A DNA stretch of 64,000 nt from Anaerolineales bacterium. Its GTDB lineage: Bacteria > Chloroflexota > Anaerolineae > Anaerolineales > UBA4823. The stretch covers positions 14,231-78,230 of the forward strand of contig JAWOHN010000044.1 in assembly GCA_046485135.1 (NCBI GenBank), in the 5' to 3' direction. Shown here piece after piece: positions 20,701 through 28,920 of this stretch. The notes beneath the pieces are model-generated. The model was given only the letters and a program-made list of their open reading frames with translations, did no database searches and had not been told where the DNA came from. A program made the translations under genes and the position numbers. How positions within the stretch are numbered: position 1 is the stretch's first letter; each line of letters opens with the position of its first letter.

Positions 20701-21412
20701 ATGCGGCCGGGGTTACCCGAGTGGCATCCATATCGGTTTCACTCACCCTTTGTGGGAGAGGCTCTGAACGATTGCCAGTTTCAACCTTTCCCGCTGGAGG
20801 TGTACTCGCAACCGGACGGGTAGGCCGGCTCTGCGGTCTGACTGGTTGCGTGTCTGCTAGATTGAGCTCGATCGGCCTTGATGAGACCGGCTCAGATGGC
20901 GGTGTAGATTCTCCTGCAGAGGAACCCTTTTCCCCTGCCCCTTGTTCCTGGTCACTTTCCGAAGGCGTTAAGATCATTTGCGAAGAAAGGCTGACAAACT
21001 CAACTGGACCAGACTCAGAAACTGGCGATTCTGTAGAAGACTCCCCAGCAGAATCTGCAACCACTTCTTCATCAGACCCTTCTGCCCGATCTTCTTGATC
21101 TCGAGTGATTTCTTCCTCAGGTTGGTCTGAAGGCAACCCCCCCTGATTTTCCGATACCAGCGGTTCATCCGAATCAGGGGCATCGGCTTGCTCAAGATCG
21201 TCAGAATCTGAATGAGCAGATGCTTCGTCTGGCTCAGGATCGCCGGAGACAGCTAAAGTATGATCTTCTACTGGTTCAGATGTACTGGAGGGAGCCTCAG
21301 CTTGGTTTTCATCCCCAGATTGACGTTTTTGCTCTTCTTCAGACTGTAACAGCAGGCGGCGAAAACGAGCGGTTGCATTTTCTTCTGGGGATGTATCTGG
21401 CAGATCCGTCAT
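17783..21412 (-). CDS. Class A penicillin-binding protein (GT51 transglycosylase + transpeptidase) with a long acidic N-terminal tail and a PT-rich C-terminal tail
   Basis: GT51 motifs EDKEFYSHPGFD and GASTITQQL; transpeptidase motifs SAIKP (SxxK), SYN and KTGTTND. About 290 aa of low-complexity cytoplasmic region precede the TM helix. Confidence 0.88.
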   Translation of the reverse strand: MTDLPDTSPEENATARFRRLLLQSEEEQKRQSGDENQAEAPSSTSEPVEDHTLAVSGDPEPDEASAHSDSDDLEQADAPDSDEPLVSENQGGLPSDQPEEEITRDQEDRAEGSDEEVVADSAGESSTESPVSESGPVEFVSLSSQMILTPSESDQEQGAGEKGSSAGESTPPSEPVSSRPIELNLADTQPVRPQSRPTRPVASTPPAGKVETGNRSEPLPQRVSETDMDATRVTPAAYSTAPRARQPVVPPTKPPPVARSSRPASPAVAPKRTVNWRQGLGCLLRMTLMGLFVLVVVSLLGGSFLLYQYYTIAATLPSVDDLRQRAAQFETTRILDRNGNVLYEILDPNAGRRTYVTLDKISPYLVAATIATEDKEFYSHPGFDPMAIARGLVQNFMGGDIVSGASTITQQLSRNLLFTPEERTERTYTRKAREAILAAEVTRRYSKDQILELYLNENYYGNMAYGVQAAAETYFGTTADKLTLGQAAFLAGLPQAPAVYDVYNNRDVTLNRQQQVLRLTMEASQAQGCIYVSNNPQRICVGPEEALAAFNEIVGYEFKSPDIEIRYPHWVNYVRSLLEAQYDSQTIYRSGFTVYTTLDPGLQDLAEQIVQRQVNALAENNASSGALVAVRPKTGEVLAMVGSADFYSEKDGQVNMAISPRQPGSAIKPLTYTAAFEKGWTPATLIWDVPTEFPPSGNVNDPSAPYVPVNYDGRFHGPVTVRSALANSYNIPAVKTLQFVGIYDNPDLPGEDGLVAFARRLGISTLTRDVYGLSLTLGGGELSLLEFTGAYAVYANGGTRLPSYAISRILDYNGNIIYDYQPPVGDQVVRPEHAYLISSILSDSEARTPMFGANSVLNLPFQAAAKTGTTNDFRDNWTLGYTPDLAVGVWVGNPDYTPMVNTTGLTGAAPIWAEFMQNAVQSITGGNPTPFFRPAGIIDRVICSVSGTEPSEWCPSQRSEIFAAGQPPLPSSEDLWKRVVFDTWTGLRASAACGELTREEFALNVSDPWAIKWIRETSEGRAWAERAGFEEAILFVPSRECTAEDPRPHLEIHYPPEDQVITSNPIDIMARVDATANFDYYRLNYGLGRDPVQWVGLAQSNNPARTSETIYSWDVHDLPAGEVTLHLIMYSTQNTYAEIFRRINLQVPTPTPTPTLTPTETPTPTATFTPTLTPTQTLTPTVTSTPTATSAPPSVTPSPTETLTATDSP
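17786..17971 (-). repeat. Low-complexity Pro/Thr-rich coding repeat (C-terminal tail of the PBP)
   Basis: Encodes PTPTPTPTLTPTETPTPTATFTPTLTPTQTLTPTVTSTPTAT...; the plus strand shows gttggNgt periodicity. Confidence 0.8.
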
Positions 21413-21454
21413 TCAACCTTCCTTACAACCAGCGGAGAAGAAACTTGTGCATTA

Positions 21455-21934
21455 CTAGGATACACTGGCATTGCTCAACACCAAAACCGTCCATTCTCCC
21501 TTCATCACGGGTTCATTATCCTGATTCTGTAATTCAATCACAATAAGAATTGAACCTGCTCCGATGCGAGGCAGCGCTTTGGTTTCCTTTACTTTCATCT
21601 CCACATGGACACTATCACCGATAAATACTGGTTTGATAAATTTCCATTCATTGATCTCTCTAAATGCAAGTACTGTGCCTTCTAAAATCCCTGTGCGCAT
21701 GGCCAAACCAGAAGCGATGGATAATCCAAGCAAGCCATGGGCAACACGCTGACCGTAGGGAGTGTTTTTACTGAACTCGGCGTCTGTATGGATTTGATTG
21801 TAATCTCCCGAAAGCCCTGCAAAGGCAACGATATCGCTCTCGGTAATCGTCCTGCCGCTGGTGACAATATGCTGCCCAACCTCAAATTCCTCAAAGTACA
21901 AACCGCGCCTTTGGGTGAATTTATCTGGATTCAT
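21455..21934 (-). CDS. MaoC-like (R)-specific enoyl-CoA hydratase/dehydratase
   Basis: Hot-dog fold motifs SGDYNQIHTD and VAHGLL; 159 aa. Confidence 0.8.
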   Translation of the reverse strand: MNPDKFTQRRGLYFEEFEVGQHIVTSGRTITESDIVAFAGLSGDYNQIHTDAEFSKNTPYGQRVAHGLLGLSIASGLAMRTGILEGTVLAFREINEWKFIKPVFIGDSVHVEMKVKETKALPRIGAGSILIVIELQNQDNEPVMKGEWTVLVLSNASVS

Positions 21935-22029
21935 AGAACAACTCCCTGAATATCAATAAGTTTTAAAGGGCAGCCAACATGGGTATCTACCCACGAGCCC
22001 AAGTCTTTTCATTGTAGCATAAATAAGGC

Positions 22030-22392
22030 CTATAAAGCCTGCTTCTGCAAGCCATAAGCCCTTACCACAGGTATTACCACCAGAAGACCTGTATCTGGTT
22101 GAGACAAGTCCCCGATAACATCCTGAGTAGCCGCAACCATTTGGTCCACCATCTCTTCACCCTTGACCAGCGAAAACAGGGTGCGGCTGAATTCCTCTTC
22201 ATGGTTGAGCAGCGCTTCAAGGCTGGGTATCAAAGGTAAATCATCTCTCAAACCGGAGCGATTTTTATTGCGTACTCGGCCGAGCCCACTGCTATGCAGG
22301 ATGGTGATCCCCGATACACCAACCTGCTCCCATGCATCTAATAACTCTGGGACTTTCTCTGGGTTATGAAGAACAAATATGATGAGATACAT
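22030..22392 (-). CDS. P-II-like (GlnB-fold) small signalling protein
   Basis: MYLIIFVLHNPEKVPELLDAWEQVGVSGITILHSSGLGR follows the beta-alpha-beta/T-loop pattern of P-II (compare MKKIEAII...GVxGMTVxxVxGxGRQ). Starts 11 nt downstream of the antiporter gene. Confidence 0.55.
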   Translation of the reverse strand: MYLIIFVLHNPEKVPELLDAWEQVGVSGITILHSSGLGRVRNKNRSGLRDDLPLIPSLEALLNHEEEFSRTLFSLVKGEEMVDQMVAATQDVIGDLSQPDTGLLVVIPVVRAYGLQKQAL

Positions 22393-22403
22393 TTTGATCT
22401 CTC

Positions 22404-23621
22404 CTAATCTGATAAGGATGAATGGATCACTTTTGAGGATTTCGTCTTGGAAAACAGGAAACGCAACAGCAGCGGAGTAATGATGGTACTGATGATCACC
22501 ATACCAATGACTGCAGAAAATTCATTGGCAGTCATAAGCCCTTCATTTAGCCCCACCGATGCAAGGATCAAGCCCACCTCACCCCTGGAGACCATACCTG
22601 CGCCTAATTGGGCTGATTCAAGCCAGGAAAATCCAGCCAGCCGAGCTCCCAGACCAGCGCCGAATAACTTGCCCAGTACTGCAGCTGCCAAAATTGCAAA
22701 TAATAGCCACACTGCCCCTGCGCCTAATTCACGCACATTTACCGCCAGACCGATATTAACGAAAAAAATAGGCACAAAGAAGCTGTAAGCGAGAGCGCTA
22801 ATCCCCCTTTCCAGACGTTCCTTCTCAGGGCTGCGAGAGAACATCAACCCGGCTAAGAAAGAGCCGGTGATGGCGGCCATTCCACCCAAAAGCTCGGCTG
22901 CAAAGCCATATAAGAACATAACAACCAGCGCCAGAGTGATAATTCCCTGGCTGATGGGCAAAGGGGAAATCAGCCTGACCAAGCGAGGCAGGCCATAGGA
23001 ACCGAAGAGAATGGATAAAACAAGAAATGCTGCCATTCTGGCCAAGATCCATAGGACCTCAATTAATCCACTGCCCCCTACCTGTAAAGCAAGGAAAGAG
23101 GAGAGCAAAAGGATCACCAGGATATCATCAAAGACCGCTGCTCCCAACAAGCCCAGACCAACCCGGCTCCGCAACGCTTTCAACTCAATCAGGGTCTGCG
23201 CGGAGATACTCACACTGGTTGCACCTAAAGCTAAACCCAGGAAAAGCGCATGGCTGGTTTGAAAGCCAAAAGCCATCCCTACCCCCCAACCCAAACCAAT
23301 CGGCAATAGCACCCCCAAAACACCAGCAAAGGCAGATACTTTGCTGTTACGAGCCAGCTCAGACAGGTGTAACTCGAGTCCGGCAACAAACATCAAGAGC
23401 AATACCCCGATTTCTGCCAGACTTTCGATAATCCATTCGATATTGGGATTATCAAAAATGGGCAGGTGCAGAATGTTGAGCAAAGATGGCCCAAGCAACA
23501 AGCCCACCAATAATTCTCCTAGCACTGAGGGTTGCCGGAAGGACGAACTTACAAAGCCTCCCAGCTTTGCTAATACGAGAATGATTGAAAGGAAAAGGAG
23601 TAGTTGGAGGAAGGGGGTCAT
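22404..23621 (-). CDS. Cation:proton antiporter (CPA2, Kef/NapA-like) with no RCK domain
   Basis: 405 aa, about 12 TM helices. N-terminal SVLGELLVGLLLGPS motif typical of Na+/H+ exchanger family proteins. Confidence 0.8.
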   Translation of the reverse strand: MTPFLQLLLFLSIILVLAKLGGFVSSSFRQPSVLGELLVGLLLGPSLLNILHLPIFDNPNIEWIIESLAEIGVLLLMFVAGLELHLSELARNSKVSAFAGVLGVLLPIGLGWGVGMAFGFQTSHALFLGLALGATSVSISAQTLIELKALRSRVGLGLLGAAVFDDILVILLLSSFLALQVGGSGLIEVLWILARMAAFLVLSILFGSYGLPRLVRLISPLPISQGIITLALVVMFLYGFAAELLGGMAAITGSFLAGLMFSRSPEKERLERGISALAYSFFVPIFFVNIGLAVNVRELGAGAVWLLFAILAAAVLGKLFGAGLGARLAGFSWLESAQLGAGMVSRGEVGLILASVGLNEGLMTANEFSAVIGMVIISTIITPLLLRFLFSKTKSSKVIHSSLSD

Positions 23622-23697
23622 AGCTTGGAATTCTCGATGAATTGGGCCCAGCCCAATTCCTGATTATATCATCGCCCTGTGGCAAGAAAATTTTAGT

Positions 23698-26196
23698 ATG
23701 GCTTCAGGTGTTACTAGAGGAGATTACAAATTTACGGGTGCAAGCACGCATACACATACAAGCACCCTTTACCAGAAGGCTGGTATCCCTTACAATTTAT
23801 ATATGCGTGAATGGAATCTGAAAGCAGGCGATCCCCTTTCTCTGACCCTGTCTGCAGACGCTCGGCTCAGCCAAACGGATTATTGCAATGATCAGATATG
23901 GGAATTATCGTTAGAGGGCGGGGAACCGGTCGCTCTGGCTTTCCAAACGACCTTTGGCTTGCGCGCCCGTAGCCTGCGGTTATTTCCCCGCTTTGGGGAA
24001 AATGGCGTCCATGTCATTGACCCAACTGATTTTTCAACAGCGCCTGTCATCCGCAAATTCTATCCGAATTTCCTTTCTGTTTCCTTTTCGCCTTTTCCGA
24101 ACCTGGAAGTCAATGCCGAATTCTGGATTCCCCATTCGCAAGCCACAGCAGGGCGCCTGCGGGTCATCAATCATAGCCCAGACAAACGCTCTGTTCAGAT
24201 AAATTGGGTATCTATTTTGATGACGGCTGGCGAAGGAGAGCGGATGGGACCCATGGAGTTTGACAATGTTCATGTCTTGGGTGGCAGCACCGGCGATCTA
24301 GCCCCGGTCATGTTTATGACCGGAGGACCTCAAGCCGGCACGTCTCCTTATCCTGCACTGACCCAGATTCTTGAGCTTGATCCTAATAAAGAATACATCC
24401 TAACATGGACACTGGCTGGGATGTCTGATGCGCGCGCATCCTTCGATCTGGCCCGAAATATTGCCAGCAGGAACTGGGAAGCCGAATTCGCCCGAATAGA
24501 ATTGCTTAACAGCAGGGATATTGAAATTTATACAGGTGACCCAGACTGGGATGCTGCTTTCTCATTTTCGCAAAAAGTAGCTTTCGGGCTATTCATGCGA
24601 GAGACTGCACACCTTGAATTTCCATCCTTCGTGCTAACCCGCCAGCCTGATCAGGGCTTCTCACTCCGAGGTAATGGGGTAGATTATAACTACACCTGGA
24701 ATGGGCATACCCCATTAGATGTCTATTACATGTGTAGCTTCTTACTGCCGGCCGCTCCTGACTTGGCCAAAGGTTTGCTGCGCAATTTTACCAACACAAC
24801 AGCAGAGGATGGATTTATTGATTGGAAGCCGGGGTTGGGTGGACAACGCAGCCAACTCCTGGCAACTCCTCTATTGGCAAGCCTGGCCTGGCGGATTTAT
24901 CAATCGACCAAAGATCTAGCATTCCTCAAAGCTGTTTACACACCATTGTTGGAATTTACCCGCTTATGGTTTACAGAAAAACATGACCGGGATGGCGACG
25001 GGATTCCAGAATGGGACCATGCCATGCAAGCCGGATTTGACGATCATCCCTTGTTTTCTCCCTGGTTGGATTGGTCGCAAGGTGCAGAAATTAGTACGGC
25101 AGAAAGTCCCGGGTTATGCGCTTTTCTGTACAGCGAATGCCAGGCGTTGAGCCGGGTCGCACGAGAATTAGAAATGCCAGAAGCTATACCTGGATTGGAA
25201 GCATTAGCTGACAACCTGAGAACAGCGGTTGAAATCTCTTGGGACCCAGCCATTTCCAATTACCGCTATTGGGATCGCGACTCTCATTACTGCACCAGAG
25301 GTGTAACGATTGGCGAGCGTTTGGGACCGGGTGAAATATCTATTGACCGTGCCTTTGACCATCCCGTCCGCCTCCTTCTTCGTCTCCACCTTATTGGTGA
25401 GGCAACCCGCCCTATCCGGGTTTTTATCCATGGGACTACCCACACTGGTCAGCATGTTATTGAGCCAATCCCATACAGCAGTTGGCGCTGGCATTTACGA
25501 AATGGAACCGCTACCGGAGAACGGACATATACCCATGTGGAGCGAATTCTTGTTGAAGGGCTGGAAGAAACAGATCAGGTCAAGGCCAGGAATGTGGCCT
25601 ATACAGGAGAGGATCACAGCCTGCTACTGCCCTTATGGGCAGGAATTCCGGCTAAGGAGCGGGTTCAGGATCTGGTAGAAAAGTCAATTACCAATCCCAA
25701 CCGATTTTGGCGCCGTTTTGGAATTCCAGCCACTCATGATATTCCTGCAGGCTTGGTTAAGGAGGCGGTTTTCTCGAACCAAATTCACCTGCCCTGGAAT
25801 CTGCTATTAGGAGAAGGCTTGCTTGCTTATGGATTCCAAAAAGAGGCTACTGAGCTGCTTACAGGCTTGATGAAAGCCATCCTGCAAACCCTTAAACGAG
25901 ATCGATCCTTCCGCAAGTATTATGATCCAGAAACAGGGCTTGGAACGGGAGACCCAAATTCACTGGATGGCCTTGCGCCAGTGAGCCTCTTTTTAGGATG
26001 TTTGGGAGTGGACCTGGTATCTCCAAAAACGGTGTTTTTGCGCGGAATCAATCCTTTTCCATGGCCTGTTACGGTAAAATATCGAGGGTTAACTGTGCTA
26101 CGCCAACTCGATAAAACCACAATCATCTTTCCAAATGGTAAAACAATCACGGTTAGTGACCCATCGCCTTGTATCATCTCTTTAGAGAACAATTGA
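23698..26196 (+). CDS. Glycoside hydrolase-like protein with a C-terminal (alpha/alpha)6-barrel (GH63/MGH1/trehalase-like)
   Basis: DRDGDGIPEWDH and GFDDHPLF blocks typical of six-hairpin glycosidases. Start uncertain (ATG 23698 or 23803). Confidence 0.5.
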   Translation: MASGVTRGDYKFTGASTHTHTSTLYQKAGIPYNLYMREWNLKAGDPLSLTLSADARLSQTDYCNDQIWELSLEGGEPVALAFQTTFGLRARSLRLFPRFGENGVHVIDPTDFSTAPVIRKFYPNFLSVSFSPFPNLEVNAEFWIPHSQATAGRLRVINHSPDKRSVQINWVSILMTAGEGERMGPMEFDNVHVLGGSTGDLAPVMFMTGGPQAGTSPYPALTQILELDPNKEYILTWTLAGMSDARASFDLARNIASRNWEAEFARIELLNSRDIEIYTGDPDWDAAFSFSQKVAFGLFMRETAHLEFPSFVLTRQPDQGFSLRGNGVDYNYTWNGHTPLDVYYMCSFLLPAAPDLAKGLLRNFTNTTAEDGFIDWKPGLGGQRSQLLATPLLASLAWRIYQSTKDLAFLKAVYTPLLEFTRLWFTEKHDRDGDGIPEWDHAMQAGFDDHPLFSPWLDWSQGAEISTAESPGLCAFLYSECQALSRVARELEMPEAIPGLEALADNLRTAVEISWDPAISNYRYWDRDSHYCTRGVTIGERLGPGEISIDRAFDHPVRLLLRLHLIGEATRPIRVFIHGTTHTGQHVIEPIPYSSWRWHLRNGTATGERTYTHVERILVEGLEETDQVKARNVAYTGEDHSLLLPLWAGIPAKERVQDLVEKSITNPNRFWRRFGIPATHDIPAGLVKEAVFSNQIHLPWNLLLGEGLLAYGFQKEATELLTGLMKAILQTLKRDRSFRKYYDPETGLGTGDPNSLDGLAPVSLFLGCLGVDLVSPKTVFLRGINPFPWPVTVKYRGLTVLRQLDKTTIIFPNGKTITVSDPSPCIISLENN

Positions 26197-26220
26197 TGTA
26201 GACCAACCAGGGTGAGACAT

Positions 26221-26571
26221 ATGAAAACAAACGATTCGCATCCAGCTGTCAACCGAATTATGACTGCCGTAGTGCAGGAGCAGGATGTTGAAAGCGCCAT
26301 CAACGCTCTACTGCAAGCCGGTGTATCGGTTACGCACCTAGCCAGTACGGGTGGGTTTTTAGGACGGCGTAATTCCACACTTATGATCGGCTTGAACGAA
26401 AAGCAAATCGAAGAAGCCGTTGGCGCGCTTACGAAAAGCTGCCGGCGACGGGTTGAGTATGTCGCCACACCATTAGAAGGATCCCCTCTGCCATTTCCTT
26501 CTCCTACACCCATCACAGTCGGTGGAGCAACGATCTTTACTTTAGAGGTTGATCGTTATATTGAGCTTTAA
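26221..26571 (+). CDS. DarA/PstA (YaaQ, DUF970)-like c-di-AMP receptor, P-II fold, full length
   Basis: STGGFLGRRNSTLMIG and C-terminal VGGATIFTLEVD align with Bacillus DarA motifs TGGFLKSGNTTFMIG and VGGATVFVLPVD. Confidence 0.75.
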   Translation: MKTNDSHPAVNRIMTAVVQEQDVESAINALLQAGVSVTHLASTGGFLGRRNSTLMIGLNEKQIEEAVGALTKSCRRRVEYVATPLEGSPLPFPSPTPITVGGATIFTLEVDRYIEL

Positions 26572-26623
26572 CTATGAAATTTTTACCAAAACGCCAACTG
26601 CATCAGCAAAGGAGGGACAGCTC

Positions 26624-26890
26624 ATGAAATTGATCGTTGCCATTCTCAGAGATGAAGACAGCGAGAGGATATCTCATGCTCTGGTGATAGCCGAATTCAG
26701 GGTTACGCAAATTGCTTCTACGGGTGGGTTTTTACGGCGCGGTTCAACGACCCTTATGATCGGTGTAGATGAGGAAAAGCTGGAGCATGCCATTCAAATT
26801 ATCAAGGACAATACCTCCTCGCCTGCTGACGGCGCCCAAAGAAAAGCCACATTATTTGTTCTCAATATTGTTAACTTTATTCAAATCTGA
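26624..26890 (+). CDS. DarA/PstA-like paralog with a shortened loop and C-terminal region
   Basis: MKLIVAILRDEDSERISHALVIAEFRVTQIASTGGFLRRGSTTLMIGV is near-canonical DarA. SD AAGGAGG lies 8 nt upstream of ATG 26624. Only 88 aa, and the VGGAT block is missing. Confidence 0.7.
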   Translation: MKLIVAILRDEDSERISHALVIAEFRVTQIASTGGFLRRGSTTLMIGVDEEKLEHAIQIIKDNTSSPADGAQRKATLFVLNIVNFIQI

Positions 26891-26987
26891 GAGATGTGTT
26901 CAAAATCATTAAGTGGCGGCGATAACCCTGATCAACAATATATTATTGGGTATTTTCGGATAAAGCTACCTATGCAGGGAGGAGAAT

Positions 26988-27965
26988 ATGGACCCAGATA
27001 CCGCAGATCTTCGTATGTTCAGCGGACGTTCGCACCCTGAATTAGCTGAAGAGATCGCTGCTTATATCGGAATCCCATTAGAAAAAACCAATTTTGCCCG
27101 TTTTAGCAACGATAATTTGTTCATTCAACTCGGCGCCAGCGTCCGGGGGCGCAAAGTGCTGGTTCTTCAATCCCTGATCCCTCCGGTCAGCGAGCATATT
27201 TTAGAATTGCTGATGATGCTGGACATAGCCCGTAGTGCAGCCGCATCAGAAGTACACGCCATCATTCCATATTTTTCTTATGCCCGTTCGGACAAAAAGA
27301 ATGCTCCGCGTATATCCATCACTGCCCGTCTAATTGCAGACTTGCTTCAGACAGCAGGTGCAACTCAGGTTGTAACCATGACACTCCATTCACCCCAGGT
27401 CCACGGTTTTTTCAGCGTTCCCACAGATCCACTGACTGCTCGAGGCCTTTTTGTGAATCATTTTGTACAACAGGAACTTAATCCAAAGGATACCATTGTG
27501 GTTGCCCCAGATTATGGACGGGCAGGCTCAGCCTCACGCCTGGCTGCCCAATTGGGTCTTACTGCAATCTCTGCCGAGAAGAAAAGAATTTCTGATACAG
27601 AAGTGTTGATCGGGGAATTGATCGGCAAACAGGTGGCAGGCTTCAGACGCGCCCTGATCTACGATGATGAGATAGCCACCGGAGGATCAGTTGTAAACCT
27701 TTGCGGACACCTTGTAGAGAATGGGGTTAAGGAGATCTCGTTAATTTGCACCCACGGGCTTTTCATTGGTAAATCCTTGGAACGTATTGCAGCAATCCCC
27801 CAGGTGACAGAAATCGTAACGACGAACACCGTTCCAATCCCACCCGAAAAACGTCCGCCAAACATGGTTGTGCTTTCAGTTGGACCAATTTTTGCCGAAG
27901 CTATCCGGCGCAATATCAGCCACCAATCAATTGGTGATTTATTTGCATTTTGGGATGATCGCTAA
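26988..27965 (+). CDS. prs: Ribose-phosphate pyrophosphokinase
   Basis: PYFSYARSDKK and the PRPP-binding loop ALIYDDEIATGGS; 325 aa; SD GGGAGGAG. Confidence 0.9.
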   Translation: MDPDTADLRMFSGRSHPELAEEIAAYIGIPLEKTNFARFSNDNLFIQLGASVRGRKVLVLQSLIPPVSEHILELLMMLDIARSAAASEVHAIIPYFSYARSDKKNAPRISITARLIADLLQTAGATQVVTMTLHSPQVHGFFSVPTDPLTARGLFVNHFVQQELNPKDTIVVAPDYGRAGSASRLAAQLGLTAISAEKKRISDTEVLIGELIGKQVAGFRRALIYDDEIATGGSVVNLCGHLVENGVKEISLICTHGLFIGKSLERIAAIPQVTEIVTTNTVPIPPEKRPPNMVVLSVGPIFAEAIRRNISHQSIGDLFAFWDDR

Positions 27966-27993
27966 AGGCTCTTCAGGTGTTATCTAGAAAATC

Positions 27994-28566
27994 TCACTCG
28001 TGAAAATCCTCTACCTGATAAACCCACGCATCCAGTTTTTTTCGTCGCCAGGTTTCTGGCGGCAAACCCATCTTTTGGCACAATAAATTCAAGAAAATGA
28101 TTGGGTCATCAATCTTTTGCCACACCTGGGGTAAAAAGGTCGCCCGGCGGATTCCGTCACGCAGGATAACCCCGTCGATATATGGCCTCACCAGGGCTGC
28201 CAGGTCTTCGCATTTCTCATACTTAACAGGTTGTGGTGAAGTCAGCCGTGAAATCTCAATTGAAATATCAGGAAGCTCTTCTAGCGTGATCGGAGGAAAG
28301 CGGTAATCATTCAACGCAGCAGCAATGGCATGTTCACGCACATCTTCTACCAGCGGTTGGTATGCTTCCAAGGCCCCTATGCAGCCTCGTAGCTCTCCTT
28401 TTCGTTTGAGGGTGACAAACGTTGCGCCTGGCTGTCCCAAAAGCACAGATAGCGTTTCAAGTTCAAGCGGTGCAAGCGCCTTACCAGATACACCATCTTC
28501 AAGAGCTTGACGTGCTAGCTTGAGCAATATTGCCCGTTCTTCCTGAGAGAGAAGATCTGGACTCAT
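27994..28566 (-). CDS. AMMECR1 domain protein
   Basis: GATFVTLKRKGELRGCIG motif characteristic of AMMECR1; 190 aa. Confidence 0.8.
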   Translation of the reverse strand: MSPDLLSQEERAILLKLARQALEDGVSGKALAPLELETLSVLLGQPGATFVTLKRKGELRGCIGALEAYQPLVEDVREHAIAAALNDYRFPPITLEELPDISIEISRLTSPQPVKYEKCEDLAALVRPYIDGVILRDGIRRATFLPQVWQKIDDPIIFLNLLCQKMGLPPETWRRKKLDAWVYQVEDFHE

Positions 28567-28920
28567 TTATGCACCCCATTTATAAATTGTTATTGATCAA
28601 TTGGTTAAGTAAATCAGCCACATCCTTATCCATACTTACTGATGCTCAGGCTAAAGCTTTTGTTGATAAAAACCCAAAAGGTGGTGTGTGCATTGGGCAA
28701 ACACCCCCTACGTACACCATTATGGAGAAAATAATTTACATTTGGTTTTAGTGTTTCCTATCTTCATAATACATTCCTGCTTGAAAGACGTCAAGAGAGA
28801 AAGGAATTTTCCTCATGGCGCCTGATCGGACCAAAATTTTCTTGGATTATATGCGAATCAGGTATTTTTCCTAAACAATTTTACTTGCCTTCTCCGATCA
28901 AATAAGGTACTATCAGAAAC

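Noticed and set aside
20556-21098. 180-aa plus-strand ORF opposite the acidic N-terminal region of the PBP
   Set aside because: It is antisense to a low-complexity coding region, and its product is itself low-complexity (G/R/S-rich).
25920-26516. 198-aa minus-strand ORF spanning the end of the glycosidase gene and the first DarA-like gene
   Set aside because: It crosses an intergenic gap on the wrong strand, and both plus-strand genes have family motifs. No SD is present.
28567-28920. ydaO-type c-di-AMP riboswitch upstream of the cell-wall amidase
   Set aside because: There is no GGGGACCCA, GGGGTGAATC or CCGAACCCGTCAGCTAACC-like block. The region is simply AT-rich.
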